41,936 nucleotides of DNA from Hyphochytrium catenoides (taxonomy: Eukaryota > Protista > Hyphochytriomycota): positions 1-41,936 of the forward strand of contig FLMG01004319.1 in NCBI GenBank assembly GCA_900088475.1. The letters are read 5' to 3'. Of this stretch, positions 10,764 to 23,616 are shown piece by piece (within the stretch, counting starts at the first letter, position 1; each line of letters opens with the position of its first letter). A program made the translations under genes and the position numbers. The notes beneath the pieces were generated by a model. The model searched no databases. It was given only the letters and a program-made list of their open reading frames with translations, and was not told where the DNA came from.

Positions 10764-11729
10764 TCAGAAAAACGGGAAGAACCGTCTTAGCCACCATGAA
10801 GTGCCAGAGTCAGCCATGGATTGGGTATACGTGGCGGTCTGTGTGTTGACAGGGCGAAATATGCCATCGCCTTGGCGAAGCATGTTGACACCAGCATCTA
10901 CAGAAGCGCTGCCACCAGTGGAGAACAGAGCTGAAGAGCCGCCCTCGGCGTCCGCACTAACCTGTGCCCTATAGGGATTGCTGCTTGCTCCAAAGAAAGG
11001 GGCAATTCTGTGGTAAACCAGGGAGTTAACGATTAGCCAATGCAAACAGAAGAAGCTAAAAAAGGAGGGAGAGATGAACGCTCCACGCAAATAAAGGATC
11101 AACAAGGAGAGACGTCAAGACCACGGTGGTGCTGGTAATGAAAGAGATGCAAAACGAGGTGGAAGGAATCGACATCTTCCCATAAGCGTGAAAGATGGGT
11201 CAGAGTAGTGGGAAGCGACGGACTTCCAGAAAGACTGACAGAACCGCACGGACGAGTACGATTTGAGAGATATCTTAGAAAGAGACTGTCATGTCATCAG
11301 AACTGTAAGGTAACTCTTCTTTTCTCTTGGCTCATTTGCCCTCACTTACATATTCTGAGAATCCACTTTGATATCAACGCCCGCCCTTGCAGGGGGCCTT
11401 GGGACAAGGAACGTTAGTCCGTTTTGTGCGTCAGCAGAAGCGTGCGTGTTCACTACTGTTGTTTCGTCCGGTCCGGCGCCAAGATTGGCCACGGCATTTG
11501 ACCCCGCAGAACTGCCTAGACCGGAGGACTGTCCACCGCTTGCGACATCTACGTGAGTGACGGTACCATCTTGTCCCACGACTGTACCAAATACTCTAGA
11601 CCTTGCCATATTTGTTCCGTCATCAAAGAGTCTCCTGAGGGACCTCTTCTCTGATAATGTCTCAGCGCTGGCACTGAAGGTGAGGGCGAGGAAGACGAGA
11701 ATAGGGCCCGATGCTGGAAGAAACTTCAT
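10764..11729 (-). CDS. Small secreted Gly/Ser/Ala-rich protein of unknown function with signal peptide and KR/RSLRRL processing-type motif; 2 exons, ~194 aa
   Basis: Exon 1 (11729-11350, donor AT|GTAAGT) and exon 2 (10968-10764, acceptor CTATAG|G) join in frame as SQN-M-AQVSAD. The N-terminus MKFLPASGPILVFLALTFSASA looks like a signal peptide with an A-S-A cleavage site. Confidence 0.72.
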
Positions 11730-13778
11730 CTTTTGATGTCGTTGGACTTGGTCTTGTCAAGTTACGCTGCAACCGGGGACGGAGTTTAAAAATTGGGAAA
11801 CGCAACCTATACTTTGCGGATGCCGCTTTATCTTTGCTGGTTGGTAACCGTGCGAAGTTTACAAAATGAAGCTCCGAGCACTGCTACATCGTTCCAAGAC
11901 TGGCTTTGCTCACCAATCTTCCATAATAATATCTCTTCTCCACCCACCCCCACCCCTATAGACTTTGAAAGTCCTCTGCCCCAATAGAACTATTTTCCTC
12001 TAGTAGAGTATGAACCCACACTCAGTACAATCTAGGAGTTCTCTTCCAGAGGGGTCCAACAGGAACCCTTGCCAAGAAAGACAGAGAGAGGAAGCAAAGA
12101 CCTTCCCTCCTGAGACGCATCTTTTTGCCCATCGACACCCAGACAATCATGATTGAAGCATCACATCAGAAAATAGCGGCAGTTACTGAGAACTACTAGA
12201 GGTACCACTAGAGACGACTTCGGCAGACTGGTCCAGAAAGGGCGGTAAAAGTAACGGGTTGCACCAGGGAGCTGACATATCTGGTGGTATGAATGAGATC
12301 ACATCCAGACACAAAAGCAATACCCGGGGACCGGGTGAGGTCCTACTACCCTGCTCTTCCTTTCTTTTTGGCCTATTTTAGCTCTTTCTCCATTCTCTTT
12401 TGTTGCTTCGTAGGTATTGCATCTCTTCATCTTCTTATTAGCAAAGGCTCGACCAACGACTCAGCACTTAGAACTTACCACTCAATAGGGTTTGTCGCTC
12501 AACAACTGATGAGGATAAGAAAAAGTGGGCCCTCACAAATTTTAGTAACTTTTTTCCCATCCTTTTACTAACCATAGGCTTAGGCTTCGCGTAGCGATCG
12601 CCTGGAGCTTTATGAATAGGGCTTTCTTCATGACACCATGTCCAGTAGTAGTAGTGGTAACAAGTAAGACATTTTATGTATAGCATGTTAGCCTTTCTTA
12701 GTCAGCGCAGCCTTTGGGCGATTAGTCCCAGTGTCCGTTCTTAGAACTTCATGTAGATACAGCTTCACCAAAGCTCAAGAGAAATCCAATGATCTCTTGT
12801 CTGGTAATATCAGCACTGTTAACTTCGTTATTATTTTGTAGACACATGGAACATGGACAACTCATATCAACCTGTTCCACTGAATGGTACTTGTAGGAAG
12901 ATACTCCTGTCTCACTGTTCATCTTCTACAACTGACTATTACTCTGGCCAAGTTTCCTACTGCCCAGTCAGGGGCTAGCTCACAAGGGACTACTACTGCT
13001 TCAGTGCCCCTACTACTAGGCTTGCCCCTACACCTACCAAGGGCACACATAGTTCTCACAGCGCTTACTAAGTTGCATCGCTGCCAGCCTCCGTTGCTAG
13101 GAAGCTTCAGCAGTAGCCAGTCCTTTGCCTTACAGCCAGTAGACAGTGCGGGATAAGGCGCAGGGCAACAACTACTACTACAGCACACTTACATAGCAAT
13201 GCTAAAAGATAAGGCCATTTGGTGTGCTGCACCTCCTGGTGCGTTCCAAACCGAGGCTCGCCCTTCGAGTTCGCAATCATCAGTAGAACTACTGCTCTGT
13301 AGGAGGAGGAGGAGCGAGACCCTCAACAGATAAATAGGATACCAGCCCATATCAGCGCACCAGAAACAGTATCATGTTGAGTCGTTCACCTGCAACGAAA
13401 GATTATCAACTTTTTTTCCAGGATCGGCTCTTGCTTTTTCTGGTGCTCGCTCTCTTTTGGGGTTTTTTATAGTGTTACATTAGAGTTTATTACGGAGTAT
13501 AAATATAATGAGAAAAGATGCTGCCAACTCGTTATTTCGGCTTCCACTGAGCGTCCCTTCCTATTTTTTCTCTTTGGCATTTTATCAGAAGATTCCTAGT
13601 AGTTCTAAGGAGTGTATGATCGACTACTGTTTGAGACGTACTTGTATACGTAGTAGATAGTAGAACGACAGTGGTAGCAAAAGGAAAGGACAATTTGTTG
13701 TCTATCTCTAATCCTATAAGCCTTGAAGCAGATGGATCGCACTCCACGAAAGAGCACCAGAAGAGGTTCGCTCTGAAA

Positions 13779-13858
13779 TTATTAGTCACACTACTTTTAT
13801 TGAGGGCGACCCATCCGTTTATTAGTCACACTACTTTTATTGAGGGCGACCCATCCGT
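13779..13858. repeat. Perfect 40-bp tandem duplication
   Basis: ttattagtcacactacttttattgagggcgacccatccgt occurs twice head-to-tail (13779-13818 and 13819-13858). Confidence 0.95.
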
Positions 13859-14047
13859 GGCGGGGGATGACGCCGCTCTCCTCTCAGTAACTGCCCCGGC
13901 GATGCAGCTATCTTGATACAATCTTGATATTCAATACGAGTCCTAATGAGGTCCGCAAGTAGCTAGCGCTGCCTTAGCCCATCCGCATTTTTGAGCCCTT
14001 CCGTGTCGAAAGAATAAAATATACCAAAAGACGTCCGTAGACAAACA

Positions 14048-15759
14048 TTAGGCACTGGCCTTCTTCTTGGTCGGCTGACGATCTGGATAGAGGTTGTACA
14101 GTACTGTCAGGGCAGAAATGCAGCCCACAATACCAATGATGCCATCATGCAGACTCCTTCCTAGAACTCGCTCAGGAATGCGCACTCCCGAAGTATTGGC
14201 GGAGACTGTCCAGTCACAGGTAGACTAGGTAGCTAGAGTTAGCGGTCACCTTTCTAGCGTAACGTCAAGCCAAAGGAAACAGGTTATATAAAGCAGATAT
14301 GCAGCGCTAAGAAAATCAAGGCGGCAAAAGAGGTAGGTAGGGAACACCGGCTTCAAAGAGACCAAGAAGCGACAACACAGTGCTTATGGTACCTTAACTA
14401 CCGCCAAGTACTTGGTTAACCTATCCTTTCTGACTGTTTCAAGCTTGTCATGAAGCTCTTCCACGCTACTTGGCGTTCTCTACCATAAGAAGAGCGTGAC
14501 TGTAAGCTCGATACAAAGCTTTAGATGTATGAAACCTCAACGGGATTACGTTACCATGGCTCCTCTTGTGTTAACGTTAATCTGATCTATCAGCAGCTGT
14601 TCCTTCTCATAGTTCTGCAAGACGATACGTGAAGCACAAGAAGAGAAAGTAAGAAGTACCCCTAAGGCCAAGAAATGTTGCAGAACATATACCTCTTTTA
14701 CGCCCCATATACCAAGGAATAGAGCGCAGCAGTTTGCTAACCACCTGTGCAAGAAGATTGTTGGCATCAATAAAGCCCTAAACCAAAGGTGGAAAGAGGA
14801 GAGACAAGGAGGGCTCGTAGAAATGACACCAAGCGTACATTCTCAAGGAAATGAGCATTCGAAGATCCTGATAAATGGTAGAGGCAGAACAAGTTGAGTC
14901 AAAGACATCCGCCGGATCTGCTCACCATGACCGACCAGCTTTCTTAGCAGCCTCCTCGGCGCTCACATTGAGCACTTTCGTTTTGCTTAAGAATACGCTC
15001 GTATCACCTATCCACCATAGGATCTAAAATAAAGCGTCAGCAAAGAGCATTGGTTCTTCTCAGATGGGAGATTTGTCCCATTCCGTCGATTTGGTGTTCT
15101 GTTTCCTCTACAAGTCACACGCGCCACATCGCCATAGGCCTCATGACCTCACCCTCTCAATCGGGTCTAGATCTATCCTGATATATTTACTCCCTGTATT
15201 TCTGAGCTCCTAGTCTTTCGTCCGTTCGTACCATGGCCATGTGCTGAATGAGCCTCAAGTTCTTCTGCCAGACTGGAAGTGACTGTGCAAGGGACAACGA
15301 AGACATGTTTAACATAAAGCGATATAAGGAGAAGGGCCAAAACTTACGCTATTTTTGAGCAGAGCAAGGATCTTCTGGTACTCATTAAACCATTTGCCCA
15401 TCCGGAAAGCTTTACGGGCTTGTTGCATAGCCTTGTAGAGGTTCTCAAACCTTTCAAGACATAAAGCAAGTTATAGGTGCATCTCTTAACAAGGAAGTGA
15501 AGAACACAGGTGAAAGTCACGTACTTCTTTCCCGTCGCATTCTTGGGGTCATTTAGTAGGATATAATGCTTGGCTGAGCGGCTAGAATATTGGAGAATCT
15601 GGAGAAAAGTTACTGTGTGTCAACAGGGTCCTGATTCCTTCATTTATGCATCTCATTCTAAATGCCTACCTTATTGAACTTGTCTCTGCCTTCTAGTTGA
15701 CCTACTACCTTTAGAACATTGTCCAGATTGAGATCTGCTTTTCGCTCCAGAATGTCCAT
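14048..15759 (-). CDS. PEX11: Peroxisomal biogenesis factor 11 (PEX11 family), 9 exons, ~263 aa
   Basis: Exons 15759-15670, 15598-15525, 15450-15348, 15282-15232, 15023-14926, 14744-14693, 14614-14555, 14479-14393 and 14224-14048 are all GT-AG and in phase (792 nt). Pex11 signatures: EGRDKFNK|ILQYSSR, ARKAFRMGKWF, ILWWIGDTSVFLSK and a C-terminal HDGIIGIVGCISALTVLYNLYP. The start ATG could lie further upstream. Confidence 0.9.
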
Positions 15760-16970
15760 CTCTCAAGGATGGTCTTGCTTGGCAGGGGTTTAGGGCTTGA
15801 TGGGAGGACTCTTCGGGTAAGACTCAAGGGAGCAGGAGAAAGCTCAGACTTTGAGTAGCGCTGCAGATGAAGATATAGCCTATACTGATGGCTGACAATG
15901 ATGAAGCTCTGCCAGATGATTCTCCTAATCACTTTAAGGCATCTGCGTTAAACTGAACTAGTGCTGCTCAGCCGTGTAACTCTGTCCATCCTCCGTTGCC
16001 CAATAACAAGCTGACTTCAATCTTCAACATAATCCGACCAGCACGGCGAATCATCAGATCATCAGGCGAGCCCGCCGCCCAATCAGAACAAACCCCGAAG
16101 AGCCGAGGTCTTAGATATTCGCATTTTGGAGTAGTCTAGCTCAAGTTCTATAACTACTGTACTACTAGTGTAAAGCCCTGAGCCTGACTCTCTTTACCTT
16201 ACCTAGAGTTATCTAGCCTTAGGATGGCGGTTGATCCACTATTCGTCGCCCAATCGTAGCATCAATTACAAGGAAGCAAGGAAGTACAGTACAATACCGA
16301 AGTACCACGCCGCCCACTAGTTATCATAGCGCCGTGATGCATTCTCTTCAGCTTCAGTAACTGACTAAAGTTGAAGTCCTCTATGAAACGGATNNNNNNN
16401 NNNNNNNTCTCTCTCTCCCTCTCTCTCTCTCTCCCGCGCCCCAGCATGTTTCTATCCCAGCCTCGCTCTCTCTTTTCGCTTCCTGCGGTACCTCTCTCTC
16501 TCTCCCTTCCCTTAGCTCGTCTTTCTGGCTTAAGTGCCAACCTTCGTTCCTTCTTCTTAGTCCCCTTATCTTCCACTGTCTCGCCTGCCATTGTCGTCCT
16601 CCACCTTCCCAGCCAGCTTCTCGGATGGTCTTGTTCGCCTCACAGCCCCTTCCTTTTATCTCTCCCTCTCTGAGCTGCCTGGCCGACTTTTGTCGTTTTG
16701 CATTGTCACACTTCTTAGCCTTGGTCCCTTCATTCCGAGTCGCCTTCACTTGGTTTGGCCATGCTTTCCTTGCTCTCTGCTAAGGGTGCCGACTCTGCTG
16801 ACACATACTGAAGGGCCCCTGCAGAAAAGCATTGCTTGCCTCTCCGCTTGTACTTGCCTTTGGCTTGCTTTGCTCTCCATCCAGTGAAATTTGTGGCAGC
16901 TCTGGGGTTTAGAGGTTCTCATCCTTCACTCGACGGTTGACAAGAACCGACATAGAATTGTCAGAGTAAG

Positions 16971-19900
16971 ATGGCGATGGAGTCTCTGCCCGATCAGCCC
17001 TTTCCCCTCATTCAGATCGGCGCAGACGAACGGTTCATCGTCAACGAGGAAGTGGCTGAACTTCTTTCACGTATCGAAGGCAGCTTGGCTGTTATCTGTG
17101 TAGCGGGTAGAAACAGACCCTAAGTTATCTCTCTACTTCTCCTCCTCCATTATGTTCCCCTTCACACTCTCCCTATCTTTCCCACTTCTCACTCTACCTC
17201 TTTTTTGTCTGGTGCCTCTGTCCTCTCTCGTCTTTCCTGCTCATTCTTCTTCTGCGGGTCTATCCGGCACTCTGACTCGCACTCTGCCTCGTTCTTTTGA
17301 ATTTCTTTTTGCTCTGCTGCAGCCTCCAAGTATTTCTCTATCTCACTGTGTCAACTTGCCCCATCTCTAGGACTGTACCGTACAGGGAAGTCGTCTCTGC
17401 TAAACTGGCTGGGAAATAGAAGTGCGGGCTTCAAGGTTGGGCCCACGGTGGAGGCCTGCACGAAGGGCATATGGATATGGGGTAAAACCTCTCTCTCTGT
17501 CTCTCTCTCTCTCTGTCTCTCTCTCTCTGTCTCTCTCTCCCTGTCTCTCTCTGTCTCTCTCTGTCTCTCTCTGTCTCTCTCTGTCAGCTCTCTGTCAACT
17601 CTCTGTCTCTCTTTCAGAGTCTCGGGTCCCTCTTTTGGCTCAGTACATTCATGGCGGAGTGTGGATAGGGATAGGAATGGACAAGGGAGAGGCGACAGTG
17701 GGGAGTGACATGTAATAAGAGATAAGGCTGTTGGGCAAAAATGGCAAGACCCGAAAATTTTAACTTGCTAAAAGCAACTGATGAGATGGAACCTGGGAAC
17801 TCTCTCTCCCTCTTCTGTCTCACCCTATATTTTTCCTGCTGTCTTCCCATCACGCCTTCCAGGGAAGCCAATTGTCATTCAGACAGGAGAGGGGCAGCCG
17901 CTCAATGTGCTACTTATGGACACGGAAGGCCTGGGAGGGCTGGAAGCCTCCCAGCGCTACGACGTGAGAATCTTTTCTCTCGCCACTCTTCTCTGCTCGA
18001 GGCTGGTTTATAACAGGTAATTCGAATCTCCTTCTTCGTTCCTGGTTTGCTTGAGGAAGCTTGCTAATCTCACCAAAGTTCTCTCTTCTCCCTCTGTCTG
18101 TCTCTTTCTCTCTCTTCGTCTTTCTGTGTCTCTCTGTGTCTCTCTCTTTGTTCCCTCTCCCTTAGTCTTTTTCTCCTTCTTCCACTTCCCTTTCTATGTT
18201 AGGGTCTCTATCTGTCTCTCTACCCCTCTCTTTCTTTCGTTGTCTCTCTTTCTCTAACTATGTGTATCTATGTATCTCTCTTTCCTCCCTAACTCTGCGT
18301 CTCGTACTACCTATCTCTTCTTAATGACATTCCTTTGGTCCTTTTTTGGCCTTACCTTCTTCCTTGCTAGCTTGGGGAGCATCGACGAGACTGCCATTCA
18401 AAACCTTTCCTTCATTGCCAACCTGGCCCAACACATACGACTCAACCCAAAAGATCAAACGGAAGAGGTCAGATCTGGATAACGACGGCAAGACGACAGA
18501 GAGATGAATAGGATGGAAGAGAGAAGAGGGAAGGAGAAAGAGAGAAACCTGGAAAGGGAAGAATTAAAGGTGACATACACTGACTACCTCTGCTGCAGGA
18601 TGGCCACATTAAGGAGCTTGCTAAGGTCTTCCCTTCCTTCACCTGGGTCATTAGGGACTTCTCTCTGTGTCTCTCTTCCGAGAAGGGAGAGGACATCTCT
18701 TCGTCCCAGTATTTAGAGCAGGCACTACAGCCTCAGATGGGCTCGGGAAGACAAGTCATTGAGAGAAACAGGACCAGGCAGGCGCTCTGCTCATTCTTCT
18801 CGGTAGACCACGTTTCCTCTTCCTCTCTCTCTCTCTCTCTTGCTCTCTCTGTGTGTCCTCTTCCATGTGAGCCTTTAAATCTCCTCCTTCTTCCCGGTCA
18901 TCCACCGCAAGGGCGCGGCTGCTTTTTCCCTCCCACTGGTACCTCTTATTGGTACCGCATAGGCTTCTTCAGCCTCTCTCTCTCTTCCGACCTTTTGTTC
19001 TGCTGCCTGCCTCTTGGGTTTCTCCCCCTGCTTTCTCTTCTTATTTGTCGCGAATTGCAGCGCCGACCGGCTCCTCTTTCTCTCTTGTTCTTCTTCTTAT
19101 CGTTCCTGCCACTCACTCAGTTTCTGTCTATGTCACCTCTGTCTGCCAGGAGAGAGAGTGTTTCACGCTTGTTAGGCCCGTGATTGATGAGGAAGCACTG
19201 CAGAAGGTGGATGAGTTGCCTATGGAGGTACGTTAAGGGCTGCACTTGTATAAGCTTTACTAACCTTCTCCTTTCTTTCTCTTTCTCTCACTCTCTCTTT
19301 CCCTTCCTTCTCTGCCTCTCCCACCTCTTTCTTTCTCTCTTTGTTTCTCTCTCCCTTCTCTCCCTTCTTTCTCACACTCTCTTGCTCTTCGCTCTCTGCT
19401 CTCGCTCTCGCTGTTTTCCGCGTCGCCCATTGAGTGTTTCATTCTAGCTCTTAGCTTTTCGGGAGCTCGATAGTATTCATACAAAGATTTGGCCAACGGC
19501 TCAATACATTGAACGCATTTCTTGCGCTTCTGCTCTGTTGCCCACTCAAATTGGTCTTTCTCTGTCGTTCTCTCTCCCGCCGTCTCTAACAGTCTCTACG
19601 AGTTGAGTTCCAAGCCCAGCTGCTGGAGCTCCGTTCCTCTCTGTTCTCGTCTTCTCTTCGGCCCCAGAAAGTGAATGGAAAGGAGGTGAACGGTTCGATG
19701 TTTCTTCTCCTCTTGCGCTCCTACGTAGAAGCGATTAACGGCGGTGGAGTTCCTACTCTTTCTTCCGCTTGGGAAGAAGTCTCTAGGAGTGAATGCAAGG
19801 TAGGAAAAGTGGATTGAATGCTTAAGACAGAGCGAGAGAAAGCAACATAGGCAACGGAAACACAGAGCGAGGCAGTAAGAAAGAAAGGAAGGAGAGAGCG

Positions 19901-22319
19901 AGAGAGAAAGGGACAGAGAAACCAAAATAGACAGAGCGAGACAGAGAGAGCGAAGGAGAGGAGAGGGAGAGAGAGAGAGAATAAGAGGACTAAAGAGACA
20001 CAAGACTGGAGAAATAGCGCATAGATGTAATAGGAGGAACCTGAGGTAATGGCAGATGAGGCTATAGAAGGATGATAGCAGATCTGCAGGACTGACAATG
20101 CAGAGAGAGATCACAAACCACGACCAAGGGATAGACATCTAAAAGGAAGAAGAGAGGAAGAATAATGAATTGAGAGAGAGACAAGGGAGAGAGTATTATG
20201 TCTGTGTCTGTGTGTGAGAGGAAGAAAGAAAGAGAGAGAGAGAGAGCGAGAGAGAGAGAGAGCGAGAGAGCGAGAGAGAGCGAGAGAGCGANNNNNNNNN
20301 NNNNNNNNNNNNNNNNNNNNNNNNNNNNNNNNNNNNNNNNNNNNNNNNNNNNNNNNNNNNNNNNNNNNNNNNGAGAGAGCAGAGGCCAGGCCAAGAGCGC
20401 TCGTACTGACGCTGTCATCCTGTGTCGCTCCAGCTGGCGGTCGAGGACGCTGTGAAGAAGATGAAGAAGGGAGTGAGCTCACTAGTAAGGGACTTTCCGA
20501 TGGAGGAAAGTAACCTCAGGGAGCAGCTCGCTGAACTCATTGAGGAAGCGGTATCTCTCTTTCTTAAGAGAGCGATAGGTCCCGATACGAAGCATTGGAG
20601 GTGCGTCTCTCTCTCTCTCTTTTTCTCCTCTCGGTCTATCTCTCTCCCATATTTTTCACTTTATCTCTGTCTTCTCCATGCATGTTCTGCCCTACTTCTG
20701 CTGTGCCCTTCGCAAAGACTGTCCTCTTTGAAGGCCGATGCAGCTGGAGGTGTCAACTGCCTGCACGTTTCCTTGTGCCTCTTCCCCTCACTAATCTCCA
20801 TATATCGTCCCTCTCGCTCTCTCCATCTAACTGCTTCTTCCTTTCGCTGTTCATTACTCTTCCATCACTGAACCTGCAGTCACACTGCCACGATCCGTTT
20901 TTTGCCCATAAAATTGCCAGTGCTGGAATGTCTTTAGCTTCTCCCTTTCTGGCTGCCAAAACGCGTCTTGCCCCGACATAAACAAGAAACGCTGACCTCT
21001 TCTTATTCACTTTCAGGTCCCAGCTTCTGGAGGCATTGAGGAAGGAAGAGAGACACGCGCTGGCTGAGAATGAGAAAATGTCTCTCTCTTCCTGCTCTCG
21101 ACTTCTGCAGGTAAAGCGTTGTTTCTGAACTATTTTCTATTGTGAGCCGTGGCTCTCATGCTCTCTTCAACCTGTCTATCTAACTGTTTGAACCTTGGCT
21201 GCGATGACCCCGAGATCTTATCTGAAAAGTTACAGTCTCTCTCTCTGATTCTAACCTCCTCTTGCTCTCTATCTTCTTTCTCTCTCTGTCTCCCTCCTTC
21301 TCTCCGTCTCACTTTAACTTCCTCTCTCTCATAGACTCTGTTCACGGAGACTCTGAAACAGGAGCAGCCAGGAGGAAGCGCTGCGTTGGAGCAGCTTGAA
21401 TCTTTTGTGAGCCGATGGGGTGAGATGAAAAGACAATACTTAGAGGTAATATTTTGCCATCGCACAGCGCTGTTCATCTCTCTCTCTCTCTCTCACACAC
21501 ACACTCTCTCTCTCTCTCCCTCTCTCTTTTTCCTCACTCTCTCTCTCTCCTTTCCCTCTCATCAGCACCTGTCTTTCTCTGTCTCCCAAATGAGGGGACT
21601 ATTAGACACTGTCTCTGATCTTAAGCTATCTCTCACTCTTCCTGCTCATCTCTCTTCTCCCTTGTCTCCTTCCCAGTCTGTCGCTATCTCACATATCCCT
21701 TTAGACTGCCTCTGGGCCTTGTAAGCACGCAGCTCTGGCGGAGTTTACGGAGTCCAAGCTCACCGATGCTTTCAAGACTATCCTCTACAGGAGAGAGAAG
21801 CAGCATCAAGACAAGGTTAGAGCAGAAAGAGAGAGTCAGAGAGGGTGGCGCAAACGAAGGGAGAGAGAAGAAAAGAGGAGAGAGTGTGTCCTTGCAGAAA
21901 ATCTAGCTCTACAATAGTTCGCTTGAGAAGTATCTTGCAAGAAGTAGAGAGAGGACGTGCTCGGGAGAGGGAGACGGACAGAGCAACGGAGCAAACAGTG
22001 AAAGAGAGAGACACCGTGATCGCTCCGAGCTCATTAGAGAAACTGAGAACAGACTGACTAAAGCTGCGAAATAGAGAATAGACGAGGTAGAGGCGAGCGG
22101 GACGAGAGGAGCAGAAGGGTCCACCTGGACCATAGAACCGGTGAAGCACCTAACAATGGGCTTTTTCCTCTTCCCGTCTATCTCTCTCCTTCGGTCTGAG
22201 GCAGCTTCGAGAAGCCAAGGAAGAGAGCAGCAAGGCAACAGCCTCGCTGGCGCTGCTTGAAGGAAAGGAGATGGTAATCGACTGCGCTGTTCATATGCTG
22301 CATCCTAGGAAGAGAGAGG

Positions 22320-22356
<37 letters not shown>

Positions 22357-23026
22357 CAGAGAAGAGCAAGAGGACCGTCACATTCCCTCTCCTAAGGAAC
22401 TGCTTACTAGCCACTCCATATTGCCTGCATGGCTCTCTTTTAGCGATGAGTCTCCCTCTCGCTTCTTCCTCTTGCTACGCTTGTCAGGACGACTTCCTCC
22501 TTGTGGCTGTCTGCTAACTCATTGGCCCTCTTTCTTTTCCTGTCTCTCTCTTCTGTATCGCTCTCTAATTTCTTATCATATCTGCAGGTCTATACTCGTC
22601 AGCTGCAGACAATGCAGGAGGAGCAGGCAGACTCCATCAGAATAACAGCAAGAAGAGAAGGAGAGCTCAAGGAGCTAAGAGAAGCGACAGAGGCGCTCAA
22701 AGCCAAAACGGCGGCACTAGAAGCGGAATCTGTGGCGTTAAGGAATAAGGTCAAGATACTCTCTCTCTCTCCTCTCTTCCCCCTCTTCCGTCGCCCCCCA
22801 AATCTCTCTCTCTCTCTCCGCTGCCGACCAAACCCATCTTCCTCTATCTTCTTTCTCTTGATCGCTCTATTTTATTCCTGCCGTTCACTTTCTTTCTGTC
22901 AGTTGTGCGGTGATTGGCCCACTGACTCACACCCTGTCTCGCTGTCGATGCTATAGCATGCAGAGCAGCTGGGGACTCTAAGAGAGGAACTNNNNNNNNN
23001 NNNNNNNNNNNNNNNNNNNNNNNNNN

Positions 23027-23068
<42 letters not shown>

Positions 23069-23264
23069 TTCAGGATCCTTCTCTCTTGCCTCGTGGTTCG
23101 TGGTCTGCGTCGTGGTGGTTTTATTGCTATCCGCATCTTTCTCTCCCTCTTCGTTGTCTGATGATAACCTTGACACGTCTTGTCCTTCTTCTGCAAAGGA
23201 ATGTCTTCAGCGACTGAAGAAGGTCGAAGTCGGAGCGGAAGGATGCAACTGTGTCGTACAGTAG
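16971..23264 (+). CDS. Guanylate-binding protein (GBP/atlastin-family large GTPase) with helical coiled-coil tail and C-terminal CaaX; about 15 exons
   Basis: Spliced translation gives VICVAG|LYRTGKSSLLN (P-loop), CTKGIWIWG, LLMDTEGLG, LVYNS|LGSIDE, FTWVIRDF, RECFTLVRP and YVEAINGGGVP. The last exon (23199-23264) reads ECLQRLKKVEVGAEGCNCVVQ*; the exon before it runs into the gap at 22992-23026. Confidence 0.92.
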
Positions 23265-23616
23265 GTCCAAAGATGTCCACGCTTGGTCGTCTGTTTCCCC
23301 CTCTCTCTCTTCCTCCGCCCCTCTCTCTCTCTTTTCCGGCGATTGACAGCCTTCACCGCTGTCTCGCATCAGCTGCCTCAAGGGCGCAGGAGAGATCTAG
23401 AAGAGTAGCACGACCGATTGTTATAAGTGTCTGAAAGATTATTTTCCTCAGCATAATCTCTATAAATACATCTGCAGAAGGCTCCGGGCAGACATATCAG
23501 AAGCGTTTCCTAGGCGTGATCTTCTCTCACCTGACAAAGCTCCTTCTTCCCATCCTTCAGCCCCTTCCGCTCTCCCTCATAATCTCTCTTTCTCTTTCTC
23601 TCTCTCTCTCTTCCCC

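Noticed and set aside
13779-13858. Direct repeats considered as a CRISPR array
   Set aside because: Only two copies, no spacer, eukaryotic context and no cas genes.
15760-16030. Possible upstream PEX11 exons or TGA read-through before the ATG at 15759
   Set aside because: An in-frame TGA lies two codons upstream and the protein is already full length. All other genes use standard stops, so there is no evidence for an altered genetic code.
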